Assembly (NCBI GenBank): GCA_022563395.1
Contig: JADFNM010000001.1
Coordinates: forward strand, 462,342 to 526,341
Direction: 5' to 3'
DNA: 64,000 nt
Source of the DNA: Patescibacteria group bacterium
Lineage (GTDB): Bacteria > Patescibacteriota > Minisyncoccia > Minisyncoccales > UBA10102
The position numbers were made by a program, and so were the translations under genes. Positions 9,008 to 17,920 of this stretch are shown here, piece by piece. Under the pieces are notes generated by a model. The model saw only the letters and a program-made list of their open reading frames with translations. It had not been told where the DNA came from and did not search any database. The stretch's first letter is position 1. Every line of letters starts with the position of its first letter.

Positions 9008-9854
9008 AAATGGATGTTCCTTGTGTTGTGATTCCTGTTGCATCATAGGAAATGAGGTTGCCGGTTGCGTCTCCCGACAACTCAATTTCTAGGGACTTGG
9101 TGTTTTTATCTCTCCTACGGTGCAAAGAAAACAGGGTCCCTTGCGTAACATCGTTCAAAAGGTGGGTATGGATTTTGAGATGCTGAGTTTCCCCCTCTGA
9201 TACCACATCTCCCTCCCAGAAAATCTGGTCCGCTGACATATTGTCTAGAATCGGGAAAGAAAAGGTGGTATCGGGAAATATCAGACGCACGCTTTCGGTG
9301 GTTGTGGCAATATCTCTCCCTTGGTAGGAGAGATGAACGTGTCTTGAATCCACCACCCGGTCCTCATCTGAGGGCGGGGTTGCGGTTCCCTCTTCAACTG
9401 TACCAGAAGAAAGAATACTCACGGTTTTTGTGTAAGTTGGATCTGCAATCCGGCGGAACGTAATAGTTCCTTGTACGCTCGCTTGCCCGGTCAAGCGCAA
9501 AAATACCACTTCATTTCCTCCGCCCAAGGAAATTACGGAAATCTCAATTGTCTTTGAAAGCTCTGTAACCTGGTCTTCTGCAGGATCCCTTGCTGCATAG
9601 CTTGAACCTTGAAACAGGGTATACTGGTTGGGAGTGCTCAGGGTATCAAAGTACACGCCGTACTGCAAAGCTCCCTCTGAAGCTAAGGTGCGGCTCTTTG
9701 CAAGACGCAAAGTTGCTACCACTTCCTTTCCGGTGTTTTCCAAATAAGACACCTGCTGAAAGGAACGCAACTGAGGGATACTCAGCCCCAAAAAGAGAAC
9801 AATAATCCCCACAACAACAAGTATTTCAATCAAAGTAAATCCTCTTTGTTTCAT
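8982..9854 (-). CDS. Prepilin-type pilin-like protein (GspH/FimT-like)
   Basis: MKQRG|FTLIEILVVVGII canonical prepilin N-terminus; 290 aa. Confidence 0.75.
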   Translation of the reverse strand: MKQRGFTLIEILVVVGIIVLFLGLSIPQLRSFQQVSYLENTGKEVVATLRLAKSRTLASEGALQYGVYFDTLSTPNQYTLFQGSSYAARDPAEDQVTELSKTIEISVISLGGGNEVVFLRLTGQASVQGTITFRRIADPTYTKTVSILSSGTVEEGTATPPSDEDRVVDSRHVHLSYQGRDIATTTESVRLIFPDTTFSFPILDNMSADQIFWEGDVVSEGETQHLKIHTHLLNDVTQGTLFSLHRRRDKNTKSLEIELSGDATGNLISYDATGITTQGTSIYAGTPELQ

Positions 9855-11074
9855 TATACGTTTCCCAGCATAGAGTACATTGGCTGGATCATAGAAATGG
9901 CAAAGAACCCAACGACAGCTCCAATGATAAGCATGAGCACAGGCTCAATGATAGAAGCCAAGTTCCTGGTGATGTTCGTCACCTCTTCCTCAAAAAAGTC
10001 AGCGAGCTTTGCTAAAAGCTCGGCTGTCTGTCCGGTTTCTTCTCCCACCTCAACCATCTGCACCACCACAATAGGATAGAGATTGGTGTGTTGCGAAAGA
10101 ACCTCAGAGAGTTTCACCCCCTTTCGCATTTCTTCAGCTCCTTTAAGCAGCACCTTTCTGAAATGCGTGTTCCCAAGCACGGTTGCGGTCACCTCCAAAG
10201 CGCGAACCATGGGAATGCCAGCTCCAATCAAGGAACTCATGGTGCGGGCAAAAAAAGCAGTATTCACCTTTTTAACAATGGGGCCTACTATGGGGGTTCG
10301 TAAGACCAACGTGTCCACCAGGTTCTTTCCGGCCTTGGTACGCAAGGCCAGATATCCCACAGCCATGCCCCCCAGAGCAAAGAGAATTACAAGATACCAA
10401 AAGCTTGTGAAAAAATCTGCAAAAGAAATAATCGCTCTCGTGCTGGCGGGAAGAGGAACCTGAAGTTCTTCAAACGTGGCAGCAAGATTCGGCACCACCG
10501 TAATGAGCATTAAAATCCCAATGCCAATCATGGCAACTATAATGACTGCAGGATAAACTAAGGCACCCTGAATTTTGGAGCGCAAATCGTGTTCCCGTTC
10601 CAGCTGTAAGGTGAGCTGAGAAAGCACGTTTTCGAGCGTTCCCGACTCTTCACCCGTTCTGATCATATTCACAACAAGGTCGGGGAAAATGCCTGGATAA
10701 AAACTCATGGAGTCAGACAACTGATGTCCCTGCAAAACTCGCTTTCGTATCTCTCCTAGGGCATTCTTCAGTTTCCTTGATTTTGTTTGCAAAGAGAGTA
10801 CCTCAAGAGTTTTGGGCAGGGCAATGCCCGCGACAACCATAACTTTAAGAGTACGCATGAACATGAGCTTTTCTGCCAAGGGGACTCCAAACAGCCCCGA
10901 AAATGCTCCAAGAAACTGAAAACCAGGCTTTTTTAAGCCCCTAAGGTCAGCTTTTGTGAGAATATACCCTTTCTTGCGCAGTCTCCCGGCAAGCTCGTGT
11001 TCATCTTTGGCAAACTCCTCTCCGGTGAGATATTCCCCCTGTTTTGAGATTGCAGTGTACTTGTACTTTGGCAT
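9854..11074 (-). CDS. pilC: PilC/GspF platform protein
   Basis: 406 aa with two GspF-type repeats and three TM segments. Adjacent to pilB. Confidence 0.9.
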   Translation of the reverse strand: MPKYKYTAISKQGEYLTGEEFAKDEHELAGRLRKKGYILTKADLRGLKKPGFQFLGAFSGLFGVPLAEKLMFMRTLKVMVVAGIALPKTLEVLSLQTKSRKLKNALGEIRKRVLQGHQLSDSMSFYPGIFPDLVVNMIRTGEESGTLENVLSQLTLQLEREHDLRSKIQGALVYPAVIIVAMIGIGILMLITVVPNLAATFEELQVPLPASTRAIISFADFFTSFWYLVILFALGGMAVGYLALRTKAGKNLVDTLVLRTPIVGPIVKKVNTAFFARTMSSLIGAGIPMVRALEVTATVLGNTHFRKVLLKGAEEMRKGVKLSEVLSQHTNLYPIVVVQMVEVGEETGQTAELLAKLADFFEEEVTNITRNLASIIEPVLMLIIGAVVGFFAISMIQPMYSMLGNV

Positions 11075-12822
11075 TACTCAGAAATGACTCTCAATACTTC
11101 TTCAATAGAGGTAACACCCTGCGCTGCTTTTAGAAAACCGTCTTGAACCATGGTCGTCATACCCTCTGCCACGGCTTGCTTTTGAATCTGGTCGGCTGTC
11201 GCCTTTTGTACAATGAGGGTTTTTATGGACTCGCTCACGGGAAGCACTTCATAGATTCCAATCCTTCCCTTATATCCATCTTCTGCCTCTTTGCTTGTCT
11301 TTGGCTTGTAAAACGTGATGGAAGAAAGAGTGTCATGTTGCTTGATGACTTTTTCTTCTTCAAAAAGCTTGGTAAGCTGATCAAGGTCACAATAAGAACT
11401 GAGATTCTTGAGGTTTTTGAGAGAGAGTTTGTAGGGCTCTTTTTCTTCAGCAAGTTTCCTGACCAACCGCTGGGCAACAATGACGTTGAGGATTGAGGCA
11501 ATGAGAAAGGGTTCTCCTCCCATTTCAATGAAGCGGGGAATGGCACCAGCAGCACTGTTGGTGTGCAAGGTGGAGAGTACCAGGTGTCCGGTTAAGGCAG
11601 CATTGATTGCAAGCGAGGCGGTTTCTTGGTCTCGAATTTCACCTACCATGATAATGTCTGGGTCTTGCCTCAAAAGAGAGCGGAGCCCTGAAGCAAAGGT
11701 TAGCCCTATCTTGGGGTTCACCTGCGTCTGGTTTATCCTCGGCATACGGTATTCTATCGGGTCTTCCACCGTTGAAATGTTCACATCAGGCGTGTTTAAA
11801 ATCTCCATCGCAGAATACAAGGTGGTGGTTTTCCCGGATCCCGTAGGACCCGTAACCAAGAGCATACCTACGGGTCTTTTCAGCGCATGTTCAATGTATT
11901 CTAGCGCAGCTCCCCGCAATCCCAGTTCTTCTAAGGTAAAGGCCTTTGCGGTTTCAGAAAGCAGGCGCATGACAATCTTTTCTCCGTCAAATACCGGCAA
12001 GATGGACACGCGGACAGAATACTTGTACTCTTCAGTTTTTACCTTAAACCTTCCATCTTGGGGAAGTCGGTGCTCGTCCAATTTCAAAGTGGAAAGCACC
12101 TTGATTCTCGCCACAATGCCAGCGGCTGCTGTTTTGGGAAGCACCATGGCATTTCTCAACACGCCGTCAATGCGATATCTCACCACAACTTCTTTCTCTT
12201 CTGGCTCAATGTGAATATCAGAGGCTCGCTGCAAGATGGCGTGCTTTAAAAGAGTATCGACAATTCTAATGATGGGAAGATCTTCTGCTGCCTTTTCTAA
12301 TTCCTTTGCGCCAGATCCCCGTTCTTCTGCCTTGATTGTCTTAATGTCTCCCACCTCCTTTTTAATAATATCCCCAAATTCAGCTTCCAGAGTCTTTGAA
12401 TACTGCAACAAAACCTGTTTCATGGACTCTGGGGTGGTGAGACGGGGGAGAATCTTTAAGTTTGCCTTCTTTCGAATAAAGTCAATGGTAGCTAAGTCCC
12501 CTGGGTCTAACATTGCAACCTCCAAGTTCTGGCCTGATTTGCGGAGCGCCACAATATTGTGGGACCTTGCAATGGGCTCTGGAATAATCTTTAATACTTC
12601 GGGCGCAATCTTTTCTTTTTCCAGGTTCACAAAAGGAATGCCCAAGATGTAAGCTTCCATCTTGATAACCTCTTCTTCTGATATCAATCCCTCTGCAATC
12701 AAAACATCCCCAAGGCGTTTTCCCTTTTTTACTGCCTCCTTATTTAGTTTCTGCAAAGCCTTTTTCTCAACGAGTCCTGAATCTGAGAGAAAAGCTTGGA
12801 GCTGTTGATCTTCAACCCTCAT
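11074..12822 (-). CDS. pilB: PilB/GspE-type assembly ATPase
   Basis: Walker A GPTGSGKTTT, LRQDPDIIMVGEIRD and an N-terminal GspE_N-like domain. Start set at the ATG at 12822, just after the RR stop. Confidence 0.9.
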   Translation of the reverse strand: MRVEDQQLQAFLSDSGLVEKKALQKLNKEAVKKGKRLGDVLIAEGLISEEEVIKMEAYILGIPFVNLEKEKIAPEVLKIIPEPIARSHNIVALRKSGQNLEVAMLDPGDLATIDFIRKKANLKILPRLTTPESMKQVLLQYSKTLEAEFGDIIKKEVGDIKTIKAEERGSGAKELEKAAEDLPIIRIVDTLLKHAILQRASDIHIEPEEKEVVVRYRIDGVLRNAMVLPKTAAAGIVARIKVLSTLKLDEHRLPQDGRFKVKTEEYKYSVRVSILPVFDGEKIVMRLLSETAKAFTLEELGLRGAALEYIEHALKRPVGMLLVTGPTGSGKTTTLYSAMEILNTPDVNISTVEDPIEYRMPRINQTQVNPKIGLTFASGLRSLLRQDPDIIMVGEIRDQETASLAINAALTGHLVLSTLHTNSAAGAIPRFIEMGGEPFLIASILNVIVAQRLVRKLAEEKEPYKLSLKNLKNLSSYCDLDQLTKLFEEEKVIKQHDTLSSITFYKPKTSKEAEDGYKGRIGIYEVLPVSESIKTLIVQKATADQIQKQAVAEGMTTMVQDGFLKAAQGVTSIEEVLRVISE

Positions 12823-13189
12823 TGTTCTCGAGTTCTCTTTTGACCTTTTGAACCACTTCTTCAAGATCGTAGTTGGACTTCACAAGGTAGGTGGTAGCTC
12901 CCAGGTCCGTTGCCCGTTGAACATCCTCTAGGTTTTCCAGGTTGGTCAAGACAATGACGGGAATGCCCTTTGTTTCATCATCTCCACGGAGCTGTTCTAA
13001 CACCTCAAATCCCGTTATCTTGGGAAGAACAAGGTCTAAGAGTATAAGGTCTGGGGTTTTCTCTTTTGCCAGTCTCACCCCTGCTTCTCCGTCCAAGGCA
13101 GAAAATACCTCGTATCCCTCTTGCGACAGCACGTCGCCCATGGTCTTTTGCAAAGCTGCTTCGTCTTCAATGAGTAAAATTGTTTTCAT
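12812..13189 (-). CDS. Single-domain response regulator (receiver)
   Basis: ILLIEDE..DLILLDLVLP..K receiver signature; 125 aa. Confidence 0.85.
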   Translation of the reverse strand: MKTILLIEDEAALQKTMGDVLSQEGYEVFSALDGEAGVRLAKEKTPDLILLDLVLPKITGFEVLEQLRGDDETKGIPVIVLTNLENLEDVQRATDLGATTYLVKSNYDLEEVVQKVKRELENNEG

Positions 13190-14160
13190 GATGCGTATGG
13201 TATGGTAAACCAGAATGTCGACCCTTTGTGTTCTATAGAATGAAATCCCATTTCTCCTCCAGATCTTTTAACTATAGCTCTGGCAATATATAATCCGAGG
13301 CCGGATCCTTGGGTTTCATGGCGCAGTACGTTGCCGGAACGAAAAAACTTCTGAAATAGGTACTTTTGGTCTTCTTTTGGAATGCCCACCCCTGTATCTT
13401 CAATCTCAAAACGGAGATTTTTCCCTTTGTCTTTCAGGCGCATGGTGACTAAATGTTCTCTTGCTGTGTCCTGTAAAACCGCACTCTTGGTCTTACCTGT
13501 ATATTTAATGGCATTGTCCAAAAGGTTGGAAAGAACCTGCCGAATCTGCAAGGGATCGGCAAACACCTTGGGAATCTTTTTTGGGGACTCCAAGCGTAGT
13601 GTAATGTTGGTAGCTTGTATCATGGGTTGAAAGTTTAAAACAACTTCTTTGAGCAGGTCTTCAAACGAAAACTCCTCACGTTTCGTCACCAACCCTCCTT
13701 CCTCAATGCGAGATACCATCAAGAGATTGTTCACCAGCTCTTGCATCCGAGAAGAGTTTTCTTTGAGCATTAAAAAGTATTCCTCTTGATTGGCGTTTCC
13801 TTTCCTAGACACCAAGAGGTCTGCTATCCATTTCATGTTTGAGAGGGGAGCACGGAGCTGGTGGGACACAATACTCACAAACTCGGACTTTAATCTGGAG
13901 GCTTCGGCCAGTCGCTCAAAGCTTCTTTCAATGATAAAGGCGAGAACGAGCAAAACCAAGGTTAGAACGATAATAAAAAGAGCAGCAATGTGCGGGTCTT
14001 CAATATATCTTCTCCCCAAGATGTAAGAAAGAATAGAGGAGACAACGATAATAATCCCCATGACCAGAAACAGAAACTGCGGGTGCTGCCACAAAGGAAT
14101 CCCGTATTTCCTTGCCTGCTTGACAATATTCAACTCGGCTTGCAGTTCCTTCAAACCCAT
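13186..14160 (-). CDS. Membrane sensor histidine kinase
   Basis: H-box SHQLRAPL and G2 box GSGLGLYIA, with N-terminal TM helices. Start set at the ATG at 14160, which has TATACT 6 nt upstream. Confidence 0.85.
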   Translation of the reverse strand: MGLKELQAELNIVKQARKYGIPLWQHPQFLFLVMGIIIVVSSILSYILGRRYIEDPHIAALFIIVLTLVLLVLAFIIERSFERLAEASRLKSEFVSIVSHQLRAPLSNMKWIADLLVSRKGNANQEEYFLMLKENSSRMQELVNNLLMVSRIEEGGLVTKREEFSFEDLLKEVVLNFQPMIQATNITLRLESPKKIPKVFADPLQIRQVLSNLLDNAIKYTGKTKSAVLQDTAREHLVTMRLKDKGKNLRFEIEDTGVGIPKEDQKYLFQKFFRSGNVLRHETQGSGLGLYIARAIVKRSGGEMGFHSIEHKGSTFWFTIPYAS

Positions 14161-14170
14161 TTGTGTAGTA

Positions 14171-14251
14171 TACCCCGTTAGAAGTTCCCTTCGCAAGCAA
14201 TGTTGCCCCTTTAAGGCGGTACAACCTGGATGCTTAACTTCTAACGGGGTA
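14171..14251. repeat. 16-bp perfect inverted repeat TACCCCGTTAGAAGTT / AACTTCTAACGGGGTA with a 49-nt spacer, over the HK promoter
   Basis: Arms at 14171-14186 and 14236-14251. Same arm core as the elements at 46549-46622 and 60791-60868. Confidence 0.8.
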
Positions 14252-14300
14252 TATCACGGATTGAAAAAGAAGAGCAAAAATGGTATAAGAAAATACGCTG

Positions 14301-14371
14301 CGGGGTGTCGTATAATGGTAGTATGCTTGCTTTGGGAGCATGTGGCTCAGGTTCGATTCCTGGCACCCCGA
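14301..14371 (+). tRNA. tRNA-Pro (anticodon TGG)
   Basis: Acceptor CGGGGTG/CACCCCG, anticodon loop TTTGGGA, T-arm TCAGGTTCGATTCCTGG. One T-T mismatch in the anticodon stem. Confidence 0.85.
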
Positions 14372-14407
14372 CAAGAAACGGAAACAAGTTCTCCTTAAGT
14401 TTAGAAT

Positions 14408-14481
14408 GCGGGTGTAGCACAATGGTAGTGCTTCTGGTTTCCAACCAGACTACGAGGGTTCGATTCCCTTCACCCGCTCCA
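14408..14481 (+). tRNA. tRNA-Gly (anticodon TCC), CCA encoded
   Basis: Acceptor GCGGGTG/CACCCGC, anticodon stem TCTGG/CCAGA, loop TTTCCAA, T-arm GAGGGTTCGATTCCCTT. Confidence 0.9.
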
Positions 14482-14516
14482 AGACCAAAGACAAATCTTT
14501 TTTACTTACTTCGCGG

Positions 14517-14547
14517 TGGGCATCCGCAATGGATGCCCATTGTTTTT
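14517..14547 (+). terminator. Rho-independent terminator after the tRNA pair
   Basis: TGGGCATCC-gcaat-GGATGCCCA followed by TTGTTTTT. Confidence 0.6.
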
Positions 14548-14663
14548 GAGCCAATGATTTTTTAACTTACTTGCTTACCCCACCCTTCCCGTACACGTGT
14601 TACATTTTGCCGACTTCAAATCAATGATTTCAAATCGGCAAACTCCCATTTTATTAATTTTCT

Positions 14664-15236
14664 TTATATCGTTATTATAAGCCGACGTAGTTCTTTGAAA
14701 AACTTCCCACCTAAAAGACTATCATCTACTGTATTAAGTATTTTAATTGCTTTTGCTGGTGAGGGCAGGGATTGAAAGGGAAGACTCTTAATCATTGCAT
14801 TAAAAAGGGATAGCTCTGAAACAATATCAGGGAAAAACGATTTCGTCATCGAATAAGTAAGTGCTGCGCGGTAATAAGAAAGAAAAGGAGTGACTATTAA
14901 AAACATTATTAAGAAAACAATTAAGATCTTTTTAAAATTAAGTAAAGAGAACTTCTGCATCAGAAAATAAAGAAATAAGAATAAAACCATAATAGAAACT
15001 AAAAGATATGCGGGATATAAAACTGCTTGAAGCCATAATGGAAAAAAGAGAAGTAAGCGTGATAGATCTATAAGCCAAAAAACAAAAAATCCTACTTCAT
15101 ATAAGAAAATTAATTTTAACACTGCTGAAAATTTAGCTAACCGATTAAAGAGTTTAATTAAGAGATAAAATATCCCTATATTTACTAGAAAAGCTAAAAG
15201 GATTGTAATTGCCTCTAAAATTATAAAATATGTCAT
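14664..15236 (-). CDS. Polytopic membrane protein, hypothetical (AT-rich islet)
   Basis: 190-aa ORF with 5-6 hydrophobic helices and markedly AT-rich codons. Confidence 0.5.
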   Translation of the reverse strand: MTYFIILEAITILLAFLVNIGIFYLLIKLFNRLAKFSAVLKLIFLYEVGFFVFWLIDLSRLLLFFPLWLQAVLYPAYLLVSIMVLFLFLYFLMQKFSLLNFKKILIVFLIMFLIVTPFLSYYRAALTYSMTKSFFPDIVSELSLFNAMIKSLPFQSLPSPAKAIKILNTVDDSLLGGKFFKELRRLIITI

Positions 15237-15551
15237 AATTTTTTACTCAAAAAATCTAAAGGTAGAAAGCAACTTATTTATTATTTCATCCTTCAGGGGA
15301 TCGCTTTTGGTGATTATATAAAAAGTCTGATTGTTTTCTGATATAAAAAATAATTTCAGTAGAAGAAACTTTTTCGTGTACTCTCCAGTCGTACCAGTTG
15401 TAACTGACTTTATCATCTATTTCACCGAGGGTAAAACTTCCCAATGCCGAGTTCCAAGTCTAAAATCTAGACCTGTTACATTATACAATGTCAAGAGCTA
15501 ACTAGAAAGCCGCCTTTCACGGGCGGCTTTCTGTTTCTAAGGCGCATATAT

Positions 15552-15587
15552 CCTAAATGAAATTAAAGCATCCTTAATTTCATTAAG
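15552..15587. repeat. Hairpin-repeat family copy (paired half-sites)
   Basis: CCTAAATGAAATTAAAG ... CCTTAATTTCATTAAG. Near identical to 21934-21970. Confidence 0.8.
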
Positions 15588-15590
15588 AAA

Positions 15591-17084
15591 CTAGCGCGCA
15601 TACTCTACAAATCTATTCTCCCGCACAAGGGTTACCTTAATTTCCCCTGGGTAGCGAAGCTCCTCCTCAATTCTTCCCGCAATGTCTTTTGTGAGTTTCT
15701 CTGCCTCAACGTCAGACACTTCTTTTGGTTTTACAAATACCCTGATCTCTCTTCCCGCCTGAATGGCATAGGACTTTTCAACACCCTCAAAAGAATTGGT
15801 AACGTTCTCCAATTCCGCAATCCTTTTCAGGTAGTTTTCCAAACTGTCTTTTCTTGCTCCGGGGCGGGCTGCTGAAATGGCGTCTGCTGCCTGTACCAAA
15901 ACCGCTTCAATGGTCTCATACGGATACTGCTCATGGTGAGACTTCATGGCATCAATCACTTCCTTTTCTGCTCCAAACTTCTCCAGCACGCGCATGCCAA
16001 TGTCAATGTGGGAACCTTCTACCTGGTGATCCAAGGCCTTTCCAATGTCATGAAACAGTCCTGCTTTCTTTGCAATAGCAATATTCATTCCAATCTCTGC
16101 TGCCAAAGCTCCTGCCAGATGAGCCACCTCTATGGAGTGCAAGAGAACGTTCTGGCCGTAAGAGGTTCTGAACTTGAGTCTTCCCAGCAGCTGTATAAGC
16201 TTTGGGTCGCTTCCCACAATTCCAACGTCAAAGACCGCAGCTTCTCCTGCTTCTTTAATCTGCTGCTCAATCTCCTGTTCTACCTTTTCCACTTCTTCTT
16301 CAACGCGCGTTGGATGAATCCTGCCATCTTTCATCAGGCGTTCTAAGGCAACCTTTGCAATGTGGCGGCGCAAGGGGTCAAATCCAGAGATGACCACGGC
16401 TTCTGGGGTTTCGTCAACAATGATCTCAACTCCGGCTGCCCGTTCCAAGGCACGAATATTCCTTCCTTCCTTCCCAATGATTTTTCCTTTCATGTCTTCG
16501 GAAGGCAAGGGAACCGTAGTGCTAGAAATCTCTTGCACCTGAGAAACCGCAGTCTTTTGAATAGCATACGCAAGAATCTCTTTTGCTCTGTTTTCAAAGC
16601 GTTCCTGGCCCTCGGCTTCAAGCTTCCGGATTCTGCCCAAGATATCTTTCTCGTAGCTTTCCTCAACACCTTTAAACAACTGTTCTTTTGCTTCTTCACG
16701 GGAGAGCTTTGCTACCTGCTCGAGCTTTTGCAAAGTCTCGTTCTTGCTTTCGGCTAACTTCTGTTCTTCCTTTTTGAGTTTTTCTACTTTGGCAAAAAAC
16801 TCCTGCTCCTTTTCTTCATACAAAGAAAGCTTGTCGCCTAAGGCGACCTCGCGCTTTAAGAGTAATTGTTCTGTTCCAAGCAGAGCTTTTCTGCGCTCGT
16901 CTTCTTGGCTTTTAGCTTTTGAAAGAAGTGCTTCTGCTTCTTTCTCTGCTTGAGCTACTTTCTTTTGCAGCCGCTGCTCTACGGTTCCGGCTTGGCGCTT
17001 TGCAAGGGATTGTCTCAACAAGTAGCCGAGAAAAATTCCCAGTGCCAAAGCCCCAAAGCCTGCCAAAAGGATTTGGGTTGTCAT
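15591..17084 (-). CDS. rny: Ribonuclease Y
   Basis: N-terminal TM, long coiled coil, KH domain (GKIIGKEGRNIRALE) and HD domain (LLHSIEVAH..HDIGKA). Confidence 0.9.
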   Translation of the reverse strand: MTTQILLAGFGALALGIFLGYLLRQSLAKRQAGTVEQRLQKKVAQAEKEAEALLSKAKSQEDERRKALLGTEQLLLKREVALGDKLSLYEEKEQEFFAKVEKLKKEEQKLAESKNETLQKLEQVAKLSREEAKEQLFKGVEESYEKDILGRIRKLEAEGQERFENRAKEILAYAIQKTAVSQVQEISSTTVPLPSEDMKGKIIGKEGRNIRALERAAGVEIIVDETPEAVVISGFDPLRRHIAKVALERLMKDGRIHPTRVEEEVEKVEQEIEQQIKEAGEAAVFDVGIVGSDPKLIQLLGRLKFRTSYGQNVLLHSIEVAHLAGALAAEIGMNIAIAKKAGLFHDIGKALDHQVEGSHIDIGMRVLEKFGAEKEVIDAMKSHHEQYPYETIEAVLVQAADAISAARPGARKDSLENYLKRIAELENVTNSFEGVEKSYAIQAGREIRVFVKPKEVSDVEAEKLTKDIAGRIEEELRYPGEIKVTLVRENRFVEYAR

Positions 17085-17191
17085 AGAGAATATTGAGCGA
17101 TTGGATTGTATTGTTCATCCAAGGGTCAAAGTTACCTGGTAGTTAATTCCTAAGAATACACTACCAGATTTCCCTTCCCTTGTCAAAGGCC

Positions 17192-17896
17192 TCAAAAGCT
17201 CCGAAGAATCGCGGGGAGCCCCCTGGCCAAGAGGATGATGGCAAAGGCGATGACCGCCCACAGCAGGATGGTCCTGGCCCTCAAGATCTTTTCCGGCGCG
17301 CCTCCGGCCGTAAGCAAAAGGATACCCCCATACAGGATAATGATGGGGAGGACAACCACGGCAATGCCAAAGAGGAAGTTAAGAACGTTCTCCAGCAGCT
17401 CTTGTAGGGTTTCAGAAGAGATGGGGTTAAGGTCAGACGGGCTAATGATGGGAGGCCCCCCTCCACCAGGTCCCCCTCCGCCAGGCCCCCCTCCTGGCGG
17501 CGGCTGGACTACGACCGGATCCTGCTCAGTGGAAAAGGTTGCCGGCGAGGAATCGTCAATAGGACTTCCGGCCGAATTGTAGGCGGTCACCTTCCAAGTA
17601 TAGGAATCTGCGAACTCAATCCTTCCAATGGAAAGAGCCAAGAAAGGAAAGGTACACGTGCCTCCAGCACACACCCCAGAAGAGATGTTGTCTTGAGATT
17701 CCGTAAACTTGGTTGGATTCGAGTGAAGAATATCCAAAACATACTTTGTGGCAAGTGGAATCTCCTGCCATTGGAAATGGGCGTCCACCTCCACATTTGT
17801 TGCTCCGTTCGTGGGAGCAAAGGTATCAAAGGCAAGAGCGCTGACAGGAGAGAGCAGGAGTGCGAGGGAAAACGTTAGGAGAAGAACCGGTTTCAT
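17192..17896 (-). CDS. Secreted repeat-domain protein with Gly/Pro linker and C-terminal VirB2-like two-TM pilin module
   Basis: Signal peptide; one Fn3-like repeat ending YTWKVTAYN..ATFST; GGGPGGGGPGGGGPP linker. The C-terminus NVLNFLFGIAVVVLPIIILYGGILLLTAGGAPEKILRARTILLWAVIAFAIILLA resembles 26284 and 44152. Confidence 0.6.
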   Translation of the reverse strand: MKPVLLLTFSLALLLSPVSALAFDTFAPTNGATNVEVDAHFQWQEIPLATKYVLDILHSNPTKFTESQDNISSGVCAGGTCTFPFLALSIGRIEFADSYTWKVTAYNSAGSPIDDSSPATFSTEQDPVVVQPPPGGGPGGGGPGGGGPPIISPSDLNPISSETLQELLENVLNFLFGIAVVVLPIIILYGGILLLTAGGAPEKILRARTILLWAVIAFAIILLARGLPAILRSF

Positions 17897-17920
17897 TGAT
17901 TCAGTATATCAAGCATTGAT

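Noticed and set aside
11480-12214. Long antisense ORFs inside confidently assigned genes (also 7981-8505, 10083-10463, 18045-18689, 37091-37744, 42400-43044, 53496-54095, 59052-59531, 60939-61469).
   Set aside because: These are shadow ORFs opposite genes with clear family motifs. Their compositions are low-complexity or Ser/Arg/Pro-biased, and they lack start contexts.
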